Part shown: one piece after another, positions 37,250 to 46,809 of the stretch
Numbering within the stretch: the stretch's first letter is position 1
Layout: each line of letters starts with the position of its first letter
Assembly (NCBI GenBank): GCA_044869275.1
Contig: JBIOXB010000163.1
Span: 14,483-78,482 of the forward strand
Origin: a bacterium
GTDB taxonomy: Bacteria; Zhuqueibacterota; Zhuqueibacteria; Zhuqueibacterales; Zhuqueibacteraceae
DNA length: 64,000 nt
Direction: 5' to 3'
Position numbers and translations under genes: made by a program
The notes under the pieces: model-generated
Told to the model about the DNA's origin: nothing
Database searches by the model: none
The model's input: the letters and a program-made list of their open reading frames with translations, nothing else

Positions 37250-38519
37250 GCAAGACGCCGCGGTTTATATTTCAGAACCAAACCTGAATGATCACGATCA
37301 TGGCGGCGTGGTGCAAGACCGCGAGCCCATGCTGGTGATCGAATATCGTGACGACAAATTCGATGCGACCGGTTATCTTGTCATCGACATGTTGGTGAAC
37401 GGGGTGGCGGGCGGCGGCTGCCGCATGAAACCAGGCTTGGCGCGCGCGGAAATGGTCAAGCTGGCGGAAACCATGACACGCAAGTTTACCCTCCTCGAGC
37501 CGCACCTCGGCGGCGCGAAATGCGGCCTCGATTTCGACCCCACGCGGCCGGAAAAACTGATTGTCATGCAGCGCTTCTTCGACTACATTCGCAGTTTTTT
37601 GTTCAATTGCTATGTCACCGGCGCGGATTTGAATACCAATGAGCACGAAATCATTGCCTGCACCAAAGCCCTGGGCCTGCCCTGCCCGCAATATGCGCTG
37701 GCCAAAAGTTTAGGAAATGAAGAGCGGCGCATCAATCGCTTCTATGAAGGCATCAACCTGGCGGTGAACGGCCGCGTCAATATGGTGATGAACGATGCCG
37801 CCACGGGTTTCGGTATTTGCGCGGCGGCGCAGCGCGCGGTGGCGCCGCAGCCCTTGCAAGAGTGCGCCGTGGCGATCCAGGGTTTCGGCAACGTGGGCGG
37901 AAGCGTGGCAAAGTTTCTGTTCGACAGCGGCGCTAAGATCGAAGCCTTGAGCGATCGTTTCGGCACGGTTTTCTGCAAACAGGGCTTGGATATCGATTTT
38001 CTGCTGTCACGGCGCGACGAACGCACGAAAGCGGTGTTTCCGGCGTTGGGCAATGGCGAGCACCGCCCGGCAGGGTACGAATTGATCGCGGATACCGAAG
38101 CGATTTATGCCTTTGGCGAAGATGTATTCATTCCGGTGGCGGATAGTGGCATCATCAATGCAGAAAACTACCGCCGCATTATAGCGCGCCACATCGTGTG
38201 CGGCGCCAACGCGCCCTTTGCCTCGGCGGAAATCGAAGAGCTGCTTTTTGAGTCGGGGAAGGTGGTGGTGCCGGATTTCATTGCGAATGCCGGCACGGCG
38301 GCGCTGTACAATACGTTGATAAAAGACAGCGGGCCGGTTTCGGTCGTGGCCTTGCGCCAAAGCATTGAAGATCAAATTGGCAGAGCCACGGAAGAGGCGC
38401 TGAAGAAATCCGCGCTCGAAAAGGTCTCGCCGCGCGCGGCGGCGGAATTGATCGCGGCGGAGAAAATCAATGCCTATCCTTCAAAGTACTCGACGACGAT
38501 TTCGAAGCGCTGGCATTAA
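37242..38519 (+). CDS. Glu/Leu/Phe/Val dehydrogenase-family protein
   Basis: GGCRM, GGAKCG, QGFGNVG, GAN, PDFIANAG; TTG start with a GGAGG RBS overlapping the upstream gene. Confidence 0.88.
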   Translation: MYKQDAAVYISEPNLNDHDHGGVVQDREPMLVIEYRDDKFDATGYLVIDMLVNGVAGGGCRMKPGLARAEMVKLAETMTRKFTLLEPHLGGAKCGLDFDPTRPEKLIVMQRFFDYIRSFLFNCYVTGADLNTNEHEIIACTKALGLPCPQYALAKSLGNEERRINRFYEGINLAVNGRVNMVMNDAATGFGICAAAQRAVAPQPLQECAVAIQGFGNVGGSVAKFLFDSGAKIEALSDRFGTVFCKQGLDIDFLLSRRDERTKAVFPALGNGEHRPAGYELIADTEAIYAFGEDVFIPVADSGIINAENYRRIIARHIVCGANAPFASAEIEELLFESGKVVVPDFIANAGTAALYNTLIKDSGPVSVVALRQSIEDQIGRATEEALKKSALEKVSPRAAAELIAAEKINAYPSKYSTTISKRWH

Positions 38520-39154
38520 TACAGATCCGCTTTCAATTTCGCCACCAGCTCTTCCAGGCTTTGCAACCGCGTTTGCATTTCCGCCAGTTTGCTTTTCAAT
38601 TCCTCAACCTCAGTTCGCAGGGACGAAGAGGCGGCAACCGGCGCAGCCACTTCTGTTTCGCCGTCATACTCCGAAAACAAATGCCGGTAGCGCACTTCCT
38701 TTTGCCCCGCCTGCCGCGGCGCTTGTTCGGCCAGCCCAGGCGCTCGCGAGCTGAGCGCGTTCACGACTTCCTGCACTTCTTCCAAACTGGCGAATTCATA
38801 TTGCCGGCCCGAGCGGTTTTTGATCTCGCCAAGAGTCTGCGGCCCGCGCAGCAGCATCAGGCTCAATGCCGCCTGCTGCGCCGGCGATAACGCCAACCCG
38901 TTGTCACCGCAGCGATGTGAGTATTTCAACACGCGGCCCTCGCCGGAGACGAATGCACACAGACGCTTGTCTCGCAATTGCGCCAAAGCGTCTTCAACTT
39001 CTTCACTGGAATAATCCACCACCGGATCGCGGCTGTTTTTCTGGTTGCACGCCGCCACCAGCGCATTCAAGGTCATGGGATAGTATTCGGGGGTGGCCTG
39101 GCTTTTTTCGATCAGGCAGCCCAGCACGCGGGCTTCTTCAGGCGATAAAGTCAT
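38516..39154 (-). CDS. YceH/DUF480-family protein
   Basis: EARVLGCLIEK...TPEYYPMTLN.L..ACNQK.SRDPV; LLRGPQT.GE. Confidence 0.92.
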   Translation of the reverse strand: MTLSPEEARVLGCLIEKSQATPEYYPMTLNALVAACNQKNSRDPVVDYSSEEVEDALAQLRDKRLCAFVSGEGRVLKYSHRCGDNGLALSPAQQAALSLMLLRGPQTLGEIKNRSGRQYEFASLEEVQEVVNALSSRAPGLAEQAPRQAGQKEVRYRHLFSEYDGETEVAAPVAASSSLRTEVEELKSKLAEMQTRLQSLEELVAKLKADLY

Positions 39155-39254
39155 GCAAGATTCCTTGTGAGCTTGTGGTGTCGTGATCAGAGATCTGCGA
39201 TGCAAAGTAATGAAATTCCGCCCGTTTTTGCAAGACGAAACCCGGAGAAAATTC

Positions 39255-39283
39255 TTGACTCTTGCGGGCATTTCCTTTACATT
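39255..39283 (+). promoter_or_regulatory. Sigma70-type promoter of the HNH gene
   Basis: TTGACT-17-TACATT. Confidence 0.55.
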
Positions 39284-39322
39284 TCTGCTTAAAATTGCGT
39301 GTGATTTTTGTCGTGATAAGCT

Positions 39323-39835
39323 ATGGCTTCTTTGAATCGCAATGTGCTCATCCTCAATCAAAACTACGAGCCGATGAGCGTCATCACCGCCAAGAAAGCC
39401 GTTGTTTTGATTTATTTGGGCAAGGCCGAAATTATCGAGCGCCATCCCCGCTGGGAGGTGCGTTCGGTGCGCCAGGCCATGCCTTTTCCCAGCATCGTGC
39501 GCTTGATCGCTTTCATCAACATTCCGCGCAAGCGCGTTGTGCTGTCACGCAAAAACATCATCAAACGCGACAACGCGCGCTGCCAATATTGCGGCTCGGG
39601 CCACAAACCGTTGACGGTCGATCACGTCCTGCCCAAAAATCGCGGCGGCGAAGATTCGTGGGAAAACCTGGTGTGCGCCTGCGTCTGGTGCAACAACCGC
39701 AAAGGCAACCGCACCCCCGACGAAGCGCGCATGCCGCTGCTGCGCAAACCACAACGGCCCACGCACATTTTTTTCATGCAGCATTTTGTGGGAGTCGTCG
39801 ATGACCGCTGGAAGCCATACCTGTTCATGAACTAA
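39323..39835 (+). CDS. HNH endonuclease (stand-alone McrA-like family)
   Basis: RD...CQYCG...LTVDHV.P..RGG.DSWENLV.AC..CN..KG. Confidence 0.92.
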   Translation: MASLNRNVLILNQNYEPMSVITAKKAVVLIYLGKAEIIERHPRWEVRSVRQAMPFPSIVRLIAFINIPRKRVVLSRKNIIKRDNARCQYCGSGHKPLTVDHVLPKNRGGEDSWENLVCACVWCNNRKGNRTPDEARMPLLRKPQRPTHIFFMQHFVGVVDDRWKPYLFMN

Positions 39836-40060
39836 GCTTGTCGCGGCATCGCTCCGGTCGTGGAGCGCCAGGACGCTGACCGGAGCGCTGAAGATGCGTC
39901 TCCGGCGTGGATGGGCACGCGAGGCGCATTTTGTTTTTTGAATTAAATTTTGTATGTTGGGCATGGCAATTCACTAAGGCAGCTTACCAACCCGGCGCGT
40001 GGAGATTGTACCAGTTCTCGCGGCGGTGCGATTTTGTCTTTTGGATTTTTCTCCCTCTTG

Positions 40061-41050
40061 ATGAATAAAAAACGGATTCTCAGCGGTATGCGGCCGACGG
40101 GTAAGCTTCATATCGGCCATTACGTCGGCGCACTCGAAAATTGGGTGCAACTGCAACACGAGTTTCAAAATTTTCATCTCATCGCCGATTACCATTCGCT
40201 TACGACCAACCTCGATACTTCCGAGCTCGCTCCCAATACTATTGACATGGTGATGGACTGGCTGGCCGCGGGCATCGATCCCCGCCTCAGCCCGATTTTC
40301 CGCCAGTCGCAAGTGAAGGAGCATGCGGAATTGTTCTTGATTCTCAGCATGCTCATCACCAAGGAGCGTTTGGAGCGCAACCCCACGCTGAAAGAGCAGG
40401 CGCGCGATCTGAATTTGGACACGCTGGTGTACGGCCATCTCGGCTACCCGGTGTTGCAGGCCGCGGACATTCTGCTTTATAAAGGAGATCTCGTGCCAGT
40501 GGGCGAGGATCAAGCGCCGCACGTCGAAATCACACGCGAGATCGCGCGAAAATTCAACCACACCTACGGCCAGGTTTTTCCCGAGCCGGAAGTGCGTCTC
40601 ACCCAATTTGCGCGCCTCCCCGGACTCGATGGCCAGGCGAAAATGAGCAAATCACTCGGCAACACCATTTTGTTGTCCGATCCGCCGCAAGTCGTACAGG
40701 CGAAAATGCGCAAGGCAGTGACCGATCCACAAAAGATTCGCAAAGGCGATCCCGGCCGGCCGGATATTTGTTTGGTATTTACCTACCACAATAAATTCAA
40801 CCCCGCGGAAGTCGGTGAGATTCGAGCCGGTTGCGAAAGCGGGCAATTGGGTTGTGTCGAGTGCAAGAGCCGATGCGCCGGGCGCATTTCGGAATTTTTG
40901 GCGCCGATGCAAGAGCGACGCGCCTATTTTGAAGCGCATCCCGCCGAGGTGCAAGATATTCTCGCGCACGGCGAGCATGTCGCGCGCCAGGAGGCGCAGA
41001 AGACCATGGTCGAAGTGCGCCAGGCGATGAAACTGGGCGAGATAGAATAA
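40061..41050 (+). CDS. trpS: Tryptophan--tRNA ligase
   Basis: SGMRPTG.LHIGH, YPVLQAADIL, VPVGEDQ, KMSKS. Confidence 0.97.
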   Translation: MNKKRILSGMRPTGKLHIGHYVGALENWVQLQHEFQNFHLIADYHSLTTNLDTSELAPNTIDMVMDWLAAGIDPRLSPIFRQSQVKEHAELFLILSMLITKERLERNPTLKEQARDLNLDTLVYGHLGYPVLQAADILLYKGDLVPVGEDQAPHVEITREIARKFNHTYGQVFPEPEVRLTQFARLPGLDGQAKMSKSLGNTILLSDPPQVVQAKMRKAVTDPQKIRKGDPGRPDICLVFTYHNKFNPAEVGEIRAGCESGQLGCVECKSRCAGRISEFLAPMQERRAYFEAHPAEVQDILAHGEHVARQEAQKTMVEVRQAMKLGEIE

Positions 41051-41140
41051 TGGAGTATTGGATTAATGGATTTTTGGATTGAGGGATTATTGGAGAGGCT
41101 TGAATCCAACAATCCATTCATCCAGCAATCCAAGTAATCC
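41044..41140. repeat. Inverted 8-mer arrays (TGGATTnn)n...(AATCCAnn)n
   Basis: Lies between trpS and scpA. Confidence 0.75.
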
Positions 41141-41185
41141 GAGACTTCTGAAAAGGAATTTGAAGCACAATAGCTGGATTGATTC

Positions 41186-41902
41186 ATGGCCTATCGCGTC
41201 AAACTCAGGATGTTCGAGGGTCCGCTCGACTTGCTGCTCTTTCTGATCAAGAAAGAAGAAGTCGACATTTACGATATACCCATCGCCGAGATTACGCGGC
41301 AGTATCTCGAATACCTTGAGATCCTCACCCTGCTGGATCTGGAAGGCGCGGGCGATTTCATTTTAGTGGCGGCCACGCTGATTCGCATCAAGGCGCAAAT
41401 GCTGCTGCCCAAAAATCCCGAGGAGCAGGAGGATGAAGAAGAAGATCCGCGCCAGGAATTGGTGCGCCGGCTGCTGGAGTATCAACAGTACAAAGAAGTC
41501 GCGCTGCAGCTCGGGCAATTCGAGTTTCGCGAGCGGGACTATTTCGGCCTGGGCTATCGTGATTATGAATTCACCGAAGAGCCGCCGGATTATTCCGAGC
41601 TGGCGGGTCAGGTTTCGTTGTTCGATTTGATGGCGGCCTTCAAGCGCGTGCTCTTGCGCGTCCCCAAAGATGCGCAGCACCGTATCGAGCAACTTCCGGT
41701 GACCGTGGAGGACCAGGTTGACTATATCTTGCAGGAACTGCAAGTGCGCCGGCAGATGTTGTTCCTGTCCTTGCTGGAAAGAATGCCGAGCAAGGTTTAT
41801 ATCATCGTGACTTTTCTCGCATTGCTGGAAATGATGCGCCGTGGCGCCATCACCGCCACGCAATCTTCGCCGTTTGGAGAAATTTGGATACAAAAAATTT
41901 GA
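41186..41902 (+). CDS. scpA: Segregation/condensation protein A
   Basis: FEGPLDLLL.LI, DPR.ELV.RLLEY, TFLALLE. Confidence 0.96.
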   Translation: MAYRVKLRMFEGPLDLLLFLIKKEEVDIYDIPIAEITRQYLEYLEILTLLDLEGAGDFILVAATLIRIKAQMLLPKNPEEQEDEEEDPRQELVRRLLEYQQYKEVALQLGQFEFRERDYFGLGYRDYEFTEEPPDYSELAGQVSLFDLMAAFKRVLLRVPKDAQHRIEQLPVTVEDQVDYILQELQVRRQMLFLSLLERMPSKVYIIVTFLALLEMMRRGAITATQSSPFGEIWIQKI

Positions 41903-43347
41903 TGGAACCAGCAGAACTGAAACGTGTAGTCGAAGCTTTGATCTTTGCCGCGGATGCACCGCTCACGCCCGAACGCATTCGGGAAACGCTGCCGGAAGAG
42001 CTCAACGGATTCGATTTGGATCAAATCGTCGATGATTTGAATCGCGATTATGCCGGCAGCGACCGGGCGTTTTTTATCCGGCACGTTGCCGGCGGCTATC
42101 AAGTCACCACGCGCCCGGAATTGCATACCTGGATTCGGAAACTCTTTCTCGGCCGCAACAAGATGCGGCTGTCGCAGGCGGCGCTGGAAGCGCTGGCCAT
42201 CATTGCATTTAAGCAGCCCATCAGCCGCGTCGATGTCGCGCAGATTCGCGGCGTGAATTCCGACGGCGTGATTGGCACCTTGCTGGAAAAGAAGCTGATC
42301 ACCATCAGCGGCCGTTCCGAGGGCGTGGGCCGGCCCTTGCTGTATAACACCACGCCGGAATTCCTGCAATACTTTGGCGTGAACGATCTCGCCGACTTGC
42401 CCAAGCCGCGCGAGATTGAGGAATTGATCGGCAGGGAAGGCATGCCCGAAGAGGTACTGCAGGCCCTGAGCGATGAGAAGCAGTTGGAACTCCCAATTGA
42501 GCTGAGCGCCGAAACCCCGGCCGATCTTGAGCCGTCCGCCCCGGCATTGGCAATGTCTGGAAGTGCCGGCGGACAACCCGAGGCAGCTGCTGCAAACACC
42601 GTTGCGGAAGAGAAGCCACCGGCTGAGGAATCGGGCGGCATGCAAGAGTTCGTAGAAAACGGCGAGACTTCCGCGCCACCGGAAAGCGTGGAAACCAAGG
42701 AATCCATGGAAGCAGAGGTCGATGCTATTTTGGTGGAGGATCTTGATGCCACCGAATCCCAGGATCCAGAAGAGGAGAGCGATTCCTCGGGCGAGCACAA
42801 TGGCAGTACACAACACTCCGCCGCACCCGAACAGCGCGAAAATTTTTTTTTACAAGACGCCAGGATGGCGATGACGCCGGAAGAACCGGTTCTGCCCAGG
42901 AGCCCAGCCACTGACCACGAGCGTGTTGCCGCGCTTCCGGAAGCAGAAGCCGCGAGGGCACAGCACCCGCCACGGGAACGCAAGAAACGCGTACGACCGC
43001 AAAAGATCCAAGCGCAGGAGCCGGATGCGGTGATCGATATTCACGACATTGCACGTGCGCCCGCGGTGCGAGTGGTAGATCTCGAGCCGCACGAGATCCA
43101 TCCGCCGGTGCCGATTGCGGTTGAGCAGACGGAAATGATGACGGCTGAAGCGCCAGAGTTGGTGCGAGCTCCTGCAGCGGAGAAAGATATTGCCAGTGAA
43201 GCACCGCTTTTTTTCGTTCCTGCCCCGTCTGAGAACGGGGCGCAACAGGAGAGCGACGAAAGGAAATCCGAAAGCAGCGTTTTAAATTTCTTTAAAATGG
43301 CCGTGGGCTGGATTAAAAACGCATGGCAGAAACTTGTCGGTAAATAA
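41902..43347 (+). CDS. scpB: Segregation/condensation protein B with long acidic C-terminal extension
   Basis: EALIFA, LSQAALE.LAIIA.KQP, IRGVNSD, GRPLLY.TT..FL.YFG; TGATG coupling to scpA. Confidence 0.93.
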   Translation: MEPAELKRVVEALIFAADAPLTPERIRETLPEELNGFDLDQIVDDLNRDYAGSDRAFFIRHVAGGYQVTTRPELHTWIRKLFLGRNKMRLSQAALEALAIIAFKQPISRVDVAQIRGVNSDGVIGTLLEKKLITISGRSEGVGRPLLYNTTPEFLQYFGVNDLADLPKPREIEELIGREGMPEEVLQALSDEKQLELPIELSAETPADLEPSAPALAMSGSAGGQPEAAAANTVAEEKPPAEESGGMQEFVENGETSAPPESVETKESMEAEVDAILVEDLDATESQDPEEESDSSGEHNGSTQHSAAPEQRENFFLQDARMAMTPEEPVLPRSPATDHERVAALPEAEAARAQHPPRERKKRVRPQKIQAQEPDAVIDIHDIARAPAVRVVDLEPHEIHPPVPIAVEQTEMMTAEAPELVRAPAAEKDIASEAPLFFVPAPSENGAQQESDERKSESSVLNFFKMAVGWIKNAWQKLVGK

Positions 43348-43387
43348 GAGTCGCGCGGTGACGCAGAAAGAAGTCGTGCTGAATGCG

Positions 43388-44128
43388 ATGCGCCTGAATC
43401 GCTACCTCGCCCTGTGCGGCGTGTGTTCGCGGCGCCATGCCGACGCTTTGATTTTGTCAGGCGAGGTTGCCGTAAACGGCAAAGTGGTGCGTACGCTCGG
43501 CGTGCAAGTGGAACCCGAACGCGATGAAATTAAAGTACGCGGCGAGCGCATGCGCGCGGTAGATATACTGAGCTACGTCATGCTCAACAAGCCCGCGGGG
43601 TATGTCACCACGGCCAGCGATGAAAAAGGCCGGTCCACCGTTCTCAACCTTGTGCGCACGCCGGTGCGCTTGTTTCCTGTCGGCCGTCTGGATCGCGACA
43701 GCGAAGGCTTGTTGTTGTTGACGAATGACGGCGAGCTGGCTTATCGCCTCACGCATCCGCGCTACAAAGTGCCGAAGGTGTATCGCGTGCTGGTGCATCG
43801 CGCCGTGGTACCGGATGCGATCAAGAGTTTTCGGCAGGGCGTTAAGCTTGATGCCTTCAGGCCGGCGCAGGGCGAGCTGAGAATTTCCACCAGCGACCGC
43901 CGCTTTTGCGAGGTGACGATTACAGAAGGCCGCAATCGCCAGGTGCGGCGCATGTTTGAGGCGCTGGGTTATCGCGTCAAGAAATTGGAACGCATTTGCC
44001 TGGGACCGCTGCGGCTCGGCAATTTGGCGCCGGGGAAATGGCGCTACTTGACCTCAAAGGAAATCGCGCAGCTCGAGCAGGCTGTGAAGCCCCTTCGGAT
44101 GGTGAGCAGGGTAGATGGAAATTCGTAA
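43388..44128 (+). CDS. rluB: rRNA pseudouridine synthase (RluB/RsuA family)
   Basis: S4 domain MRLNRYLA..GV.SRR; PVGRLD.DSEGLLLLTNDG; EGRNRQVRRM. Confidence 0.9.
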   Translation: MRLNRYLALCGVCSRRHADALILSGEVAVNGKVVRTLGVQVEPERDEIKVRGERMRAVDILSYVMLNKPAGYVTTASDEKGRSTVLNLVRTPVRLFPVGRLDRDSEGLLLLTNDGELAYRLTHPRYKVPKVYRVLVHRAVVPDAIKSFRQGVKLDAFRPAQGELRISTSDRRFCEVTITEGRNRQVRRMFEALGYRVKKLERICLGPLRLGNLAPGKWRYLTSKEIAQLEQAVKPLRMVSRVDGNS

Positions 44129-45833
44129 CAAGCGCGTGCTGGTTCTCGGCGGATGGGGCTTGGTGGGCTCGGCCGTTTGCCGGATGCTTTTGCGCGAAGC
44201 CCCGGACGAGATCATTGTGGCTTCTTTGGACGAAAGGGAAGCGCGCGAGGCCGTTTCACGTTTGCGTGGCGAAACACATTCCGATTTGCGGCTGACCCCG
44301 TGCTGGGGCAACATCTTCGTGCGCGACGCGCTGCAGGGCAAATCGCGTGTGGAAATTTTGGAGAACGAAGCGCTGCGCGCGATGCTCATTGCAGACGTGC
44401 TCGAGGAGCTGAACGAAGCAGTGCTGACACGCTCCTGGCTGTATCAAATCTTAGAGAAATACCGCCCACACCTCATCGTCGATTGCGTCAATTCGGCAAC
44501 GGCCCTGGCTTATCAGGACGTGTTTGCGACTTATTACCGGCTGAAGCCGCAAATCGGCCGTCTCAAAGAGCAGCAGCAATACGATGCCGGTTTTGTTTCT
44601 GAAGTGGAAAAATTGCTGTGCACGCTGTATATTCCACAGTTGATCCGGCACGTGCAGCTTTTGTACGATGCCATGCGGCGCTTTCGCACGGAAGTCTATT
44701 GTAAAGTTGGCACCAGCGGCACCGGCGGCATGGGCTTGAACATTCCATACACGCACTCGGAAGAGAAGCCCTCGCGCGTGTTGTTGAGCAAGTCGTCCAT
44801 TGCCGGCGCGCATTCGATGCTGCTCTTTCTCATGGCGCGCACGCCCGATGCGCCGATTACGAAGGAAATCAAGCCGACGGCGGCGATCGCGTGGAAGAAG
44901 ATCGCCTACGGCCCGATCCATCGCCACGGCCAGCCGATCCCGTTGTTCGATTGCCCGCCGGAAAGCGCCCTCGCGCTCGACCACGTGCTCGCGCTGAAAA
45001 ACGAGGGCGCGGAGCAAAGCTGGCAGCCGCTCCCCGGTGAAGTGTTGCAATCCGTTTTCGTGGACACCGGCGAGAACGGCATTTTTTCGCAGGGCGAATT
45101 CACCGCGATTTCAGATTCCGGCCAAATGGAATTGGTCACACCGGAGGAAATTGCGAAGAATGTGATCTATGAGATCAAGGGCGGCAACACCGGGCACGAC
45201 GTCATCAACGCGCTGGACAACGCGGTGATGGGACCGACCTATCGCGCGGGCTTGATGCGCAACTCCGTGCTCGCGCGCATGAAGGAACTGGTCAAACAGC
45301 ACGCGTGCGACAGCGTCGCGTTTGAACTGCTCGGCCCGCCGCGGCTTTCGAAGCTGCTGTACGAAGCGCATTTGCTGCGCCTGACCTGTGCCACGCTGGA
45401 GAATTTGCGCAACGGCCACGCCGAAACCATCGCGCAGCAGGTGCAGAATTTGATATTCTCGAACCGCAAGCTGCGCGCTGAAATCATCTCGATCGGCATT
45501 CCGATTCTTTTGCCGGAGGGCAAAAGCTTGTTGCGCGGCCCGGAGATCAAGATTCCTCCCTTCAAAGGAGAGGAGCGGTTGCCGGTCACGCCCGAAAATG
45601 TGGAGCATTGGGCGCACGACGGCTGGATCGATTTGCGCGTCAAAAATGTGCGCGCGTGGCAGCGGCGCGCGGAAAAAATTCATGAAGAAATTCAGGCGAT
45701 TCCGGAAGACGACACCAGCTCGCAATTTGAGCGCGACCGGCGTTATTGGCTCGAAGACGAGGCCATTGACATCGGCAAGATCGTGGGCTGGATTTTCTCG
45801 AACGAGGAGAAGGGTTTGCGCATGAAGAATTGA
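44115..45833 (+). CDS. Uncharacterised 572-aa Rossmann-fold NAD(P)-binding protein
   Basis: VLVLGGWGLVG; GTSGTGGMG; overlaps the end of rluB. Confidence 0.7.
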   Translation: MEIRNKRVLVLGGWGLVGSAVCRMLLREAPDEIIVASLDEREAREAVSRLRGETHSDLRLTPCWGNIFVRDALQGKSRVEILENEALRAMLIADVLEELNEAVLTRSWLYQILEKYRPHLIVDCVNSATALAYQDVFATYYRLKPQIGRLKEQQQYDAGFVSEVEKLLCTLYIPQLIRHVQLLYDAMRRFRTEVYCKVGTSGTGGMGLNIPYTHSEEKPSRVLLSKSSIAGAHSMLLFLMARTPDAPITKEIKPTAAIAWKKIAYGPIHRHGQPIPLFDCPPESALALDHVLALKNEGAEQSWQPLPGEVLQSVFVDTGENGIFSQGEFTAISDSGQMELVTPEEIAKNVIYEIKGGNTGHDVINALDNAVMGPTYRAGLMRNSVLARMKELVKQHACDSVAFELLGPPRLSKLLYEAHLLRLTCATLENLRNGHAETIAQQVQNLIFSNRKLRAEIISIGIPILLPEGKSLLRGPEIKIPPFKGEERLPVTPENVEHWAHDGWIDLRVKNVRAWQRRAEKIHEEIQAIPEDDTSSQFERDRRYWLEDEAIDIGKIVGWIFSNEEKGLRMKN

Positions 45834-45941
45834 GAAGATTGATTATCCACGGCAGCAAGATTCGACCATGGACGTGGTGCTTGCCGTGCCAAACATGACG
45901 GGATAGGGAAGTCGTTCTTTTCCATATGAACTGGATTACGT

Positions 45942-46676
45942 ATGATGGAGCAAGGCAGCAAGCAGGAACTTCTCTGGGTGGAGGAAAAAGCGCAGCATGA
46001 ACGGCGGCCCATTGTTGCGATTGACGGCCCGGCCGGCTCGGGCAAGAGTACGACGGCGCGCATGGTTGCCAAAAGGCTGGGCTTTACCTATGTGGACACG
46101 GGCGCATTTTATCGCGCCCTGACGTTGAAAGTTTTGGAGGCCAAGGTCTCGCCGGAGAATCACGAAGCCGTGCTTCGGCATGCCGAAGAGATGTGCCTCA
46201 GCATCAAGCCGGATCCGGCGGGCGACCAGTTTTTTTTGGATGGCCACGAGGTGACCGCGAAAATTCGCGCGCCGCAGGTCACCAACGCCATCGCGCCGAT
46301 TTCCGGCAACCCCAAAGTCCGCGCGATCATGGTCCGGCGCCAGCGCGAAATCGGCCAGCGCGGCGGTGTGGTGATGGAAGGCCGAGACATCGGCACCGTG
46401 GTTTTTCCTGATGCGGATTTGAAAATTTTCATGTCGGCCTCGCTCGATGAGCGCACGCGCCGGCGACTAAGAGAGCTGGAGGCGCAGGGCATTCACAAGG
46501 ATTTCGACACGCTGCGCCGTGAAATCGAGGTCCGCGACGAGAAAGATGCCAAGCGCGACGTAGCCCCGCTACGCCCGGCGGAAGACGCAGTGCTGATCGA
46601 CACCACGAACGTAACCATCGAACAGCAAGTGGATTTCATCGTGCAGGCGCTGGAAAAAAAGAGGCAAGAAGCTTAA
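45942..46676 (+). CDS. cmk: Cytidylate kinase
   Basis: AIDGPAGSGKST, DTGAFYR, EGRDIGTVVFP. Confidence 0.96.
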   Translation: MMEQGSKQELLWVEEKAQHERRPIVAIDGPAGSGKSTTARMVAKRLGFTYVDTGAFYRALTLKVLEAKVSPENHEAVLRHAEEMCLSIKPDPAGDQFFLDGHEVTAKIRAPQVTNAIAPISGNPKVRAIMVRRQREIGQRGGVVMEGRDIGTVVFPDADLKIFMSASLDERTRRRLRELEAQGIHKDFDTLRREIEVRDEKDAKRDVAPLRPAEDAVLIDTTNVTIEQQVDFIVQALEKKRQEA

Positions 46677-46809
46677 GCGGAAAGCCTTTTCCCGAAGTCC
46701 ATCCCTCCCAGGCGGCATTTTTTCAGCGTGCTGCCGGTGCCTGAAAGGAGCCCGCCAGGGTGGGAGGCCAACGGGAGAGGGCACACCGGTTTGATTCTGA
46801 TAGAGTGCG

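Noticed and set aside
39323..39835. HNH gene as a homing endonuclease, IscB or defence effector
   Set aside because: It is a compact stand-alone HNH family protein with no RuvC motifs, intron, partner genes or element ends.
39835..40060. T-box leader upstream of trpS
   Set aside because: Only a CGCTCCGGTC/GACCGGAGCG hairpin is present; there is no T-box GGTGGNACC motif or terminator/antiterminator pair.
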